DNA from: Candidatus Bathyarchaeota archaeon
GTDB lineage: Archaea > Thermoproteota > Bathyarchaeia > Bathyarchaeales > Bathycorpusculaceae
NCBI GenBank assembly: GCA_963733095.1
Contig: CAVTBV010000009.1
Span: 96,001-160,000, forward strand
Length of the DNA: 64,000 bases
Reading direction: 5' to 3'
Part shown: positions 20,733 to 29,518 of the stretch, in pieces
Numbering within the stretch: the stretch's first letter is position 1
How the letters are laid out: every line of letters begins with the position of its first letter
Translations under genes and position numbers: made by a program
Notes under the pieces: generated by a model
What the model was told of the DNA's origin: nothing
What the model saw: the letters and a program-made list of their open reading frames with translations, nothing else
Database searches by the model: none

Positions 20733-20746
20733 TCTTTTCGTCGTCG

Positions 20747-21058
20747 GCAAAAAAGCCCCGAACATCAGCCCAACGGGTGACACGCTTAAATGTTGGAAAT
20801 TTGCAGCAAATTTACAACTTTTAAGCGTTTCATTCGGGGCTTTTTTGCAGTAGTAACCAAAAACAACCGTCTGGTGTAGCATCAACAACAAACGGTCGAT
20901 TATCACAATGCGGTTCTTGACTGCGTTGCCCTCACAATGTAGGGCAACATAGGCAAACAAAGGTGCTCTGCGACATTTCCGCACATACGGCAATGTCCAG
21001 AGCACAGCAACCAACCGTTAACCATTGGATAGCGGAACCGTCGGGGCGAACCAACGGT
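20747..21058. ncRNA. Highly structured non-coding region (candidate ncRNA or ssDNA origin)
   Basis: Perfect 16-bp inverted repeat 20747-62/20833-48 enclosing hairpin 20782-20828; further hairpins 20866-96, 20925-48, 20963-21005, 21015-35, 21037-58. Confidence 0.55.
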
Positions 21059-21286
21059 CGCCACGATAAAAGCAAAAATAGTGTTAAGGCTTAATTCTGC
21101 AAACCAAAAGAAGCACGGCAAGAGAATTTAAAAGAATAGACAAGTTCTCATAGCTTAGGTCGTTCGTCGTCGTCTTCACTTGATATAATAACACAAATCT
21201 CGACATGAAACAATGGATAATATGTGTGTAAAATAAGACATAAATTGAGGAAATGGGATAGGGTATTGTGATGGTTGAAGCATACT

Positions 21287-21430
21287 TTGAAAGTCTTATT
21301 GAAAGTAACTACCACTGAGAACGGTTCTCGAATTTGCAGTGTTCCTATGAAGAGATTAAAACAGTTGACTTCTGGTCGTAAGTTGGTTTGGTCTTTGGAA
21401 GGGGAATGGCTTGTTTTGGAGTCGTGTTGA
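21287..21430 (+). CDS. 47-aa AbrB/MazE/SpoVT-like protein, copy 1
   Basis: MKVLLKVTTTENGSRICSVPMKRLKQLTSGRKLVWSLEGEWLVLESC (TTG start); many synonymous differences from copy 2. Confidence 0.65.
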   Translation: MKVLLKVTTTENGSRICSVPMKRLKQLTSGRKLVWSLEGEWLVLESC

Positions 21431-21580
21431 TTGAAGGTAGTTTTGAGGATTTCTAAGAAGGGGAGTCAAGGTGGTTTTCATGTTGGCAGTGTTCCTATGA
21501 AAAGGCTGAAGCGGTTGGCTTCTGGTCGTCAACGCTTTTGGAAGCTTGAAGGAGATAGTTTGGTTCTTCAATCTTCTTGA
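21431..21580 (+). CDS. 49-aa AbrB/MazE/SpoVT-like protein, copy 2
   Basis: MKVVLRISKKGSQGGFHVGSVPMKRLKRLASGRQRFWKLEGDSLVLQSS (TTG start right after the TGA of copy 1). Confidence 0.65.
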   Translation: MKVVLRISKKGSQGGFHVGSVPMKRLKRLASGRQRFWKLEGDSLVLQSS

Positions 21581-21795
21581 TTCTACCAAAAATATGAAAA
21601 GAAATAAAAAAAAATAGATTTTATACCTTATCTCTCTCCATTTAAACCTATCTCATGGACTCAGAAAAACAAATACTGAAGGATTTCCATTTGAGAAAGT
21701 GGATATGTTTGACATTTTCTCACAACAACCTAAACTGAATTTAGTCAAGAGACTTTGACAAGCATATTTTTTAGGTAGGTTAAACCAGTGGTTAA

Positions 21796-22551
21796 GTGAT
21801 TGCTATGGGCAAGAAAGCAGTTGCTGTAGGAATAATTCTCGTTATTCTGTCATTATCTTTACCTTTAGCATTTGGGTATTTTGAAACCAATATTATAGAT
21901 ACCTCATGGACTGGCAGTGCTACACAATTTTTGAATAATGCACAACCTTATCCACAATGGAAAGACGAATACACTCTGAATGCTTACACCATAACTCTGT
22001 TTGAAAATGGGACAAGCACTTTTGTTAATGCTACTAATGGAGATAGCTTTTCTTCTTATCTTCTAAATGTAATGACAAGAGCTGACAGTCAGATGAGCTC
22101 CGTGAGTGATGCTTTTGTTAATAATGTAACTCAGAATGATAAGGTAGTTTATTTACGAAGCAGATTGGGCACTAACTTTGCTCAGGCAGGAATTTTTGTT
22201 TGGGATACATATTTTGTATTGGAAGATAACCTGTATCAAGGGAGTTTAAAGGGAACAATATTCATAGAGCATGATTCTGACAATGTACGCACATGGCAGC
22301 ATTGGGCTATACTACTAGGGCAAAGCCCTACACCTAGTCCTACACCTGTTCCAACTCAAAACCCTACACCAACACCAACTTCTCAACCCACAGCTAACCA
22401 AAATAATTCACCTACACAAAACCCAACAGCCAATCCCACTCCAACTCCTACCATTCCAGAGTTTTCTTGGTTTATTATTTTGCCTTTGTTCCTTGCAATA
22501 CTCTCTATTGTTGTCCTAATTAGAAAGAGAAAAGTACCTTTGATAAAGTGA
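21796..22551 (+). CDS. Secreted surface protein with Pro/Thr linker and PEF-CTERM-like sorting signal
   Basis: Signal peptide; PTPTIPEFS + TM + RKRK. Confidence 0.8.
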   Translation: MIAMGKKAVAVGIILVILSLSLPLAFGYFETNIIDTSWTGSATQFLNNAQPYPQWKDEYTLNAYTITLFENGTSTFVNATNGDSFSSYLLNVMTRADSQMSSVSDAFVNNVTQNDKVVYLRSRLGTNFAQAGIFVWDTYFVLEDNLYQGSLKGTIFIEHDSDNVRTWQHWAILLGQSPTPSPTPVPTQNPTPTPTSQPTANQNNSPTQNPTANPTPTPTIPEFSWFIILPLFLAILSIVVLIRKRKVPLIK

Positions 22552-22628
22552 AAGCCTTTTATTTAATAATCACATTAGCAATGTTGGTATATCAATAGCT
22601 TTAGAAATCAAACTAATAATAAAGTGTT

Positions 22629-22675
22629 CGGGTGATATCTCCACTTGAACGTAGGTTCAAGTCCCACCCCGCCCG
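22629..22675 (+). repeat. Composite att-like site B (arm + 9 nt + tRNA 3' end)
   Basis: cgggtgatatctccactt-gaacgtagg-ttcaagt-cccac-cccgccc-g. Confidence 0.8.
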
Positions 22676-22823
22676 TTTTGAGTCGAGGGATTATTTTCGT
22701 TTTCTGAATGATAAGACCTTCTCTTCCTACTATACCCCAAGATTTTGAAAGGTCTTGCGTACATAGCAGCATCAAAAAGGATATAAAGAGAGACTGACGA
22801 CCTCAACTCAGGAGATAAACCCG

Positions 22824-23138
22824 ATGCCATTTTGCAATAAATGTGGAAAAGAGATATCTGATGATATGAAATTCTGCCCAAATTGCGGAACGCCCATTGG
22901 AATGGAGGAAGAGAGCTTTTCTGTTTCCTCTGAAGACTTGGTCCAGAAAGTCAAAGAATTGTTTCATGAAGGAAATGTCAGGCGAATAACTATAAAGAGC
23001 TAAGAAGGCAAAACTCTGCTCGACATTCCCGTTACAGTCGGAGTTATAGGAATTGTCCTAGTTCCCTGGCTTGCCGCGATTGGAGCCATAGCGGCTTTAG
23101 CTACGAATTGCACTATAGTGGTTCAAAGGCAGAAATGA
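22824..23138 (+). pseudogene. Zinc-ribbon + DUF4342-like protein with an in-frame TAA
   Basis: MPFCNKCGK...FCPNCG...DLVQKVKELFHEGNVRRITIKS*EGKTLLDIPVTVG...AIAALATNCTIVVQRQK; stop at 23001-23003. Confidence 0.8.
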
Positions 23139-23487
23139 GTTAAAAGCAAAAGGTCTTCCACGAATCGGGCGCCATAGGATAAGTCAGATTCAAAAATAAT
23201 TATTGTATTTTATACGTTCTGATGATAAGATATTTTCCGGAAGGACCTTCCTCTATGGGGCCCAGATTTTGGAGGCCTTGGTGCCGCCTTTTGCTTTATA
23301 ACAGCGTACGTTGCAGGATCCATGGGCATTTTATGCACTTAAACACATACACTTATAAGCTGTGTATGCACTTATGTACTAATGTGAATAAGCGGGGACA
23401 AAACATGACAAACAGAAAAATCGAATACACAAATTGGTTACTCGCTTATTTCAACAATATCTAACCAGCAAAAAGAAGTGACTAAAA

Positions 23488-23631
23488 TTGGGCCGCATCA
23501 ACGTTGACATCTCAGACGACTTAGAAAAACAGCTCAGATTAAAAACCGTAGAGCAATTCGGAGGCAAAAAAGGCGACTTATCCAAAGCGGTCCAAGAAGC
23601 AGTAAAAACATGGGTCGAAATAAACCAATAA
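23488..23631 (+). CDS. 47-aa ribbon-helix-helix (CopG/Arc-like) regulator
   Basis: MGRINVDISDDLEKQLRLKTVEQFGGKKGDLSKAVQEAVKTWV (TTG start). Confidence 0.75.
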   Translation: MGRINVDISDDLEKQLRLKTVEQFGGKKGDLSKAVQEAVKTWVEINQ

Positions 23632-23792
23632 AGTCGTCCCTCCTCAAACCATCAATAACTATATTATAAGAAGCCTAGGTAAAAGGCCCGGGTAAGCCAG
23701 CTAGCCTGGAACACCTCACATGAGGATTATGGGCAATCTAGCTGCAAAAACCCTTTTTAGAATGTTTTCCAAGCAAACAACGATAATCTCTT

Positions 23793-24017
23793 TTAGCTGT
23801 TACCTTTCGGTACATTATTAGCAAGTTCGCTTTCGCTTCTTAATTGTCGTTTTAGATAAGCAACTACTTCAAAACTTTGATTAATTTGAAGCGCAACAAT
23901 AGAAACCAATTCCCACCCATCTAAACCATATTTATTCAACAACTCTTCTTGTGTTTTGACACCGGCATCCAGGATTCCTTTCACCAAAGCTATTGAGACA
24001 TACTCCCATTTTGTCAT
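23793..24017 (-). CDS. DUF4177-like protein
   Basis: MTKWEY...LNKYGLDGWELVSI...AYLKR. Confidence 0.75.
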   Translation of the reverse strand: MTKWEYVSIALVKGILDAGVKTQEELLNKYGLDGWELVSIVALQINQSFEVVAYLKRQLRSESELANNVPKGNS

Positions 24018-24733
24018 GTTTGAACCTCTAACAACATTATTTTTCTCTAGAACTGAATTAACCAAGTAGTATTTTTCTTTTGAGGTTTATTTAGTTGAGA
24101 TACAGAAGACGTCAAAAACCCCTAAAAAGCGGGTCGGATGGAATTAAGAGACTTTGGCGCAACCAATTTTTGGAAAGAAAATAAAAACCCCTGCAGCAAC
24201 TACTTATCGAGAACGAAGAAACCAAGAACCCTGAAGACACACGGACCAAAATACATATTCCTTTTGAAAAATATTCTATCATGGTAAACAATAAAAGAAG
24301 TGTATAACAAGATGGAAATCATGAAAAAATCGATAAACGTCACAAATGGAGAAGAACCCCCTAACCCTAAACCAAACCCTAACCCTCAGCCAAATCCAAT
24401 CCCAAATCCAATTTAGTAAGAGCTTTTGCTTCATCTATGAATCCTATGAATCTTAAAACCTGAAGGATGTAAGCGTCATTGCCCTCACCAAATCCGGGCT
24501 ACCTTCCTTTAACTGTAATTTACTGCTGAACGAGTTTAGCAGCATAGACTTATAGCAGAGGAATTGTGCTGACTTAGTAGACGCAGGCATAGCATTTTTG
24601 GTTGTCGCGCGTAACTCGGCAGTGATAGGGAATCCCGCGGGGTATGGACGTAGACGCACTATAGTAGTCCACGAAGAACACCACGATTAATATCATTAAC
24701 GTGAAAAGATTACAATTAAAAAAAGGGAATATG

Positions 24734-24780
24734 CGGGTGATATATCTACTTTGCGAGGGGTTCAAATCCCGCCCGGTCCA
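24734..24780 (+). repeat. Composite att-like site C (arm + 9 nt + tRNA-Ala-like 3' end)
   Basis: cgggtgatatatctactt-tgcgagggg-ttcaaat-cccgc-ccggtcc-a; CCGGTCC-A fits the G3:U70 acceptor of archaeal tRNA-Ala. Confidence 0.82.
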
Positions 24781-24972
24781 TAAAGCGATCCAAACCCTGC
24801 AGAGTTCAAAACCTATTGCGGATTTATACCGTTTGAGATGTGGGACTGAGGCTTAGGACCACGCGGCAATTTCAATATTACTCTTCGTATTATGCGATGA
24901 TTAAAAAAAGAAATAGGGTGTAGGCGTAGTACCTTTGCAGGTTGCCCTCCCTTGTGCTTCAGATAAGCCAAT

Positions 24973-25542
24973 CTATTTGGGAGGAGGGGCTACTTGGGTT
25001 GCAGTTATTTTTCGGTGATAGAATCTGGCGGCAATGCTTAATCCTGTGGCGACGAAAGCCAAGTAGAAGGGCCAATTGAGAGCGGCTGAGACGTTAACGC
25101 TGGTGTTTGAATTTTGACGAGTAATTGTAGTTGCACCGATCAGAGGCAAACTGAAGCCTCCCAAGGATTGTGCTATTAGAGGTAAAGCAACTATTACTGC
25201 AATAAACGCTACGAGTATGTACAGTGGTTTTTTGTATCCAAATCCCAGTAGATGCTTTGAGTAAGGCGCAGTTGGTTTTACGGAGTAGATCGTTAGTGCT
25301 ATTCCGCCTGCCAGCAGGGTAAGTAAGCATGCTATGTTCAAGGCCAAAATCAAGGGTATTGCAACTGAAGTCCCAGAAATTGAAAGGTTAACGTTAACTG
25401 GAGAGAAATCAACCTGAGCATTCACTGGGGTTCCGGCCATGAACTGCCACCATGGAACAAATAGCGAAATAACAACCAGCAACAAAGTTGAAATTCCTGC
25501 AGCCAACGCAATAAAATTAATTTTGGTTTGCATCATAATCAC
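24973..25542 (-). CDS. Hypothetical membrane protein
   Basis: About 4 TM helices; SLFVPWW motif. Confidence 0.7.
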   Translation of the reverse strand: MIMMQTKINFIALAAGISTLLLVVISLFVPWWQFMAGTPVNAQVDFSPVNVNLSISGTSVAIPLILALNIACLLTLLAGGIALTIYSVKPTAPYSKHLLGFGYKKPLYILVAFIAVIVALPLIAQSLGGFSLPLIGATTITRQNSNTSVNVSAALNWPFYLAFVATGLSIAARFYHRKITATQVAPPPK

Positions 25543-25543
25543 C

Positions 25544-26203
25544 TTAACTTATTATTTCGATGTTACCGATATCCTGTGGTGACGAGCCCAAGTTTGTTAC
25601 GCCATTAACAGTAATTGCACCGTTAATTACTGAAACGTCCACTGATGAGAAACCGCTGTAGTTCTGGGCTAAGTCAGCTTGACCTTCTTGTGTCAAAGCA
25701 CCCGAAACAGTTACAGAAACAGTTTGACCAGAACGAACCGTGACAGGGGCATTGTTGAGGCTTAAAGTTCCCAATTGATATTGATCCGCTGTGATTTCAA
25801 CTGCTCCACCCAATGAATTTATCGTCGCATCTTGGTTATCATTGTTGGTTATACTGAAGGTTAACGTTATCGTATTTTTAGACGTGTCAATTTGTCCGCT
25901 AATGAAAGATGGGTTTAATCTGTTTGAAGAAATATCATTGTTGTTATTGTTATCCCCGTTATTTCCATTGCCGTTATTGTTGTCGCCATTTGGGGCGGTG
26001 ACGATGTTTTGATTATTATTGCTGTTCACGCTGTTGCCATTATTATTGGAGTTATCGTTGTTGTCCGAATGCATGAGTTGTTGCAGTTGAGGAGTGACTA
26101 CCATTTGGGGCAAATTATCAAGGTGCATTACCACCACTGCTCCAATTGGTCCTAAAACGCATCCAATGCTAATTAACGCCAGAACAATACGTAACACTTG
26201 CAT
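25544..26203 (-). CDS. Membrane-anchored hypothetical protein with Asn-rich linker and beta-rich domain
   Basis: N-terminal TM, poly-Asn tract, beta-sandwich-like C-terminus. Confidence 0.7.
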   Translation of the reverse strand: MQVLRIVLALISIGCVLGPIGAVVVMHLDNLPQMVVTPQLQQLMHSDNNDNSNNNGNSVNSNNNQNIVTAPNGDNNNGNGNNGDNNNNNDISSNRLNPSFISGQIDTSKNTITLTFSITNNDNQDATINSLGGAVEITADQYQLGTLSLNNAPVTVRSGQTVSVTVSGALTQEGQADLAQNYSGFSSVDVSVINGAITVNGVTNLGSSPQDIGNIEIIS

Positions 26204-26743
26204 CTTAGCTCATCTTCTCGTAAGCCACGATATTTTCATTATCCAACATTTTAAATCATCAAAAAATATCAACCTTCTCCAATTAATTATGACTTATGAA
26301 TTGGCAATTCATGTTCATACCTTGGATAAATTCATCCTAGGTTAAATGAGCCAGAAAGGACTCATCCGGAGAAACTTGAACCGCTTCAGGGCAAATCCTC
26401 TTTTTAGATCTTTAGGCAAAAACATGATCGAGACAAAAAATTGGCTGTTATTTCCAGGGACTCGTTTTCTTTATGGCAAGGTGCAGATTATTTTTTTTGA
26501 CCTCTCCAAGCTGAACACATGGCTGCTACAACGCCGAATTTGGCTGCTATTATGAAAACTTCTCTTAGCGCTAAAATGAAAGGATTAGCTATGCTCTTGA
26601 GGGAAATAGTTGTCACTAATGTCAGAGCTATATGGTAAGAATATTGAATGCCGACTGAGATTTAGATAATAATTTAAATAAGTAACCACTTGAGAAACAA
26701 AATTCTAATATTAAGCATTGCAGTGTGTTTATCAAACACCCGT

Positions 26744-26821
26744 GGGCCGGTCGTCTAGCCTGGTTAGGACGTTGGCTTTACGAGCCAAAGGTCGCCGGTC
26801 CGAGTCCGGCTCGGCCCACCA
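26744..26821 (+). tRNA. tRNA-Val(TAC), intronless, CCA encoded
   Basis: Acceptor GGGCCGG/TCGGCCC-A-CCA; anticodon arm TTGGC-TTTACGA-GCCAA; T arm GCCGG-TCCGAGT-CCGGC. Confidence 0.95.
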
Positions 26822-27069
26822 TTCTTTTCATAAAAGGCTTATTCCTTGGTACTGAAGACAAATCCGATGTTGTTCTGAAGAAAAGGTTCCCTTGAATTCA
26901 ATTGCTATGACCTAACCATGAGAACAAATATTTGAGTAACCATAAATGGCTATTCAGGGTCTCTAAGGTAAGCGGTTTAGACGTCTGTATTGCGAATGAA
27001 GATCATTTCCTTGAGAGTAAGAAATGGGCGAGGAAGGAAAAAGAAGATGGAAGTTATCAATGAAATGCT

Positions 27070-27867
27070 TTAATTCGCAGTTATTAAGTTGTCTTTCAGT
27101 TTCGTTCTCCGTCTATAGGCCAAAATAGTTGCTGTAAGTATGAATGTGATGACGGCGGCTACTGCAGGTATTGTTACTTGGTCCAAGTTTATTGATTGTG
27201 GGTTTGCAGTTTGTTGATTGGGTGTTGGTTCAATTTCGGTATTGTTTAATAAAGGAGCAGTCAAGTTCGGAGTGGGGCTACTTGTCGCAGGTTCAGGACT
27301 GGGGGTTGAGACGGAAGTTGGCATAGGCGGATTTACCTTGCCATTGAAGTCGCTAAGTACACTTCTTGGTACGCCGCCGTCAACTGATATTGACACTGGG
27401 TCGAAAACGACATCATTGCTCATCGATATTGAGACAATCTGGGAAATCCACGATGCTCCATTGTATCCAGGTAACACTAATCGGAGCCCCTCAAGTAGTT
27501 GTTCACCGTTTTTTTGGTAAGCTATTATCGTTTGGGGCGAATTCGCTACCTGGATTGGTATAGCAATTGCATATGAGTCTGCGGCCACGAATTGTATTGA
27601 GATAACATCAGAACTGACTTCTGTTTGGTTTAGTAGGTATTTGAGTTGTATTCCTCCCCATTCGCCGTTTGTTACCAGATTGCCGTAGCAGTAGAGGTCA
27701 GCGTATACAGTTGTTTTTGGCATTCCAGCAAGTTGTTGATCTGTGAAGTTGTAGGTTGTGCCTGATAGGTTTGTTATTTTGAGAGTTTCAACTGCAGCTG
27801 AGACTGGAGTGAGTGTCGTAATCAATATTGCAGCTATTGCGAAGGTTAATGGGAATTTATATTTCAT
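27070..27867 (-). CDS. Surface-anchored molybdopterin-oxidoreductase (sulfite oxidase-like) domain protein
   Basis: LYCYG...WGGIQL..LL...F.AADSY...IIAYQKNGEQL...LRLVLPG..G..WI; PT linker and TM. Confidence 0.75.
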   Translation of the reverse strand: MKYKFPLTFAIAAILITTLTPVSAAVETLKITNLSGTTYNFTDQQLAGMPKTTVYADLYCYGNLVTNGEWGGIQLKYLLNQTEVSSDVISIQFVAADSYAIAIPIQVANSPQTIIAYQKNGEQLLEGLRLVLPGYNGASWISQIVSISMSNDVVFDPVSISVDGGVPRSVLSDFNGKVNPPMPTSVSTPSPEPATSSPTPNLTAPLLNNTEIEPTPNQQTANPQSINLDQVTIPAVAAVITFILTATILAYRRRTKLKDNLITAN

Positions 27868-28148
27868 CTAAACCGCTCTAATTATTATGTGACACACGTC
27901 ATATTCTTAAACTCTTCTCAAAACCAACAAGCCTAATACTCAAAAAGTTTTGCAGCAACTTCGGTAAATTATTGATTCTAGTCGGCGAAGTTCAATGTTG
28001 TATATTTGGTTATTGATCAAAAAGTCAATGGATTTTCTAAATTTCTAATTACTAAACCCATTTCAACATTATTTAATGACAAAGCAGGTGAACAGATTGG
28101 AAAAAGCTATGAACTTCCATTGTGAATTAGATGTAGAGGGACAACGTA

Positions 28149-28634
28149 TTGATAACAAAAATTCTTGTGGGTGTAGATGGTTCTAAAAACTCGGAAAAGG
28201 CTTTAGATTCAGCTCTTGAAATCGCTGACAAGTTTTCTGCCTCAGTTCTAATTCTCAACGTTTTCCAGCCACCTCCAGAATCTGGGTACCAGGCAAACGT
28301 GTTTTCGCAGTTTCCGACGTCTGGGTATCCTCAAGATACAATCGGTGACCAGTCGAATTTGTCCTCCTTTATCAACGACCTTCGAAAAATGCATGAAGTA
28401 GTTTTGTCCAAAGCCGCTGAAAGGGCAATTAAACTAAAACCAATGATTAAAATTACCACTGAACTCAAAGAAGGAAACACTTCGTCCCAGATAGTTGCAA
28501 CAGCTGCAAATGGCGGTTTTGACTTAATAGTTTTAGGCCATTTGGGGGAAAGTGAAATCAAGGAATTCCTTCTTGGTAGCACAAGCGAAAGAGTTGTCCA
28601 CCAAGCAAAATGCGCCGTGCTAATTGTCAAATGA
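28149..28634 (+). CDS. Universal stress protein
   Basis: KILVGVDGS, DLIVLG, LLGSTSERVV..AKCAVLIVK. Confidence 0.93.
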   Translation: MITKILVGVDGSKNSEKALDSALEIADKFSASVLILNVFQPPPESGYQANVFSQFPTSGYPQDTIGDQSNLSSFINDLRKMHEVVLSKAAERAIKLKPMIKITTELKEGNTSSQIVATAANGGFDLIVLGHLGESEIKEFLLGSTSERVVHQAKCAVLIVK

Positions 28635-28699
28635 TTTGAACTGAAAATTTCAATAAAAAATAAAGTAGGAAGTTGAGGCAAATTATCTGTTAAAGAAAT

Positions 28700-29331
28700 T
28701 TAGTTTAACGGATAATCCGACGATTTTGTTTCAGGGCGACAGTATAACAATGCAGGGAGAAAAAAAACAATCATAACGAATCTCTTGGAGATGGATATGT
28801 TATGATGACAGCAGCATGGCTTTCTGCACTATTCCCAGAATATCATATAAAATTCTTGAATCGTGGGATTGGTGGAAATCGAGTTAGAGACCTTAAAGAA
28901 TCGCTGGAAAAAAGACTGTTTAGATCTAAGACCCAATTTAGTTTCAATATTGGTAGGTGTCAACGATATTAATTGGAAACCATCCACAAATGAGAGTTTC
29001 CGGTCATATTACACAAGTATTCTTGAGTAGACCCAGCAATCACACTGCCAAATAGTCCTTAGAACCATTCCTTGTTGAATCTAACAGCAGACTTGCCGAA
29101 CTTAAAGAAAAGTTAAACAAAAAAATAGATGTAGTCAGAGAATTATCCAGCGAATTTGAGAGGCTAAACTGATTCCGTTAAACGATATTTTCAAGAAAGC
29201 CTGCCTTAAAAGCGAACCTTCGTTTTGGTCGCTTGATGGAGCACCCAACTCTCGCAGGACGCGCTTTAATTGCACAATCATGGATCAAATACGTGGCGGA
29301 AGATCCGCAATGGATATCTGAATCTAGCTAA
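28700..29331 (+). pseudogene. SGNH/GDSL hydrolase pseudogene
   Basis: Blocks ILFQGDSIT, FLNRGIGGNRV and SILVGVND lie in shifting frames with stops; start approximate. Confidence 0.8.
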
Positions 29332-29518
29332 ATATTGTACTAATGCTGTCAGAAAGTTGTCTTAAGCCCGCGCGCGGAAAGTCGATTAAAGAAGAAATTT
29401 TTGGTTTTGGGCTCAATTTGGGCAGAATTTAGAAAATCACTAATAAGCTAATCAAACTGTTCTACACTAATTCCTCATAAATTAAGGCAAAAATCGTACA
29501 GTTGCACAGAAAAAGGAT

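Noticed and set aside
20963-21005. Integron attC site
   Set aside because: A bulged hairpin, but without RYYYAAC/GTTRRRY ends, not repeated between genes, and the integrase does not look like IntI.
20580-21121. Minus-strand ORFs of 144 and 72 aa
   Set aside because: No recognisable motifs; they overlap AbiV and the hairpin region and are probably spurious.
21428-21430. Selenocysteine at the in-frame TGA
   Set aside because: The paralog also ends with TGA at the same position, and no SECIS or redox motif was recognised.
21356-21589. Minus-strand 77-aa ORF from the track
   Set aside because: Shadow of the plus-strand AbrB-like pair; the synonymous pattern favours the plus frame.
24440-24700. 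Possible decayed gene ending YGRRRTIVVHEEHHD
   Set aside because: Internal stop and no recognisable family; too weak to call.
24731-24780. Split or intron-containing tRNA-Ala (GCGGGT + insert + TCAAATCCCGC)
   Set aside because: Upstream sequence is an A-tract with no D or anticodon arm, no convincing bulge-helix-bulge, and the same insert precedes a different acceptor type; an att scar fits better.
25930-26065. ttg/tta triplet-rich tract
   Set aside because: Codes for a poly-Asn linker; imperfect, not a contingency repeat.
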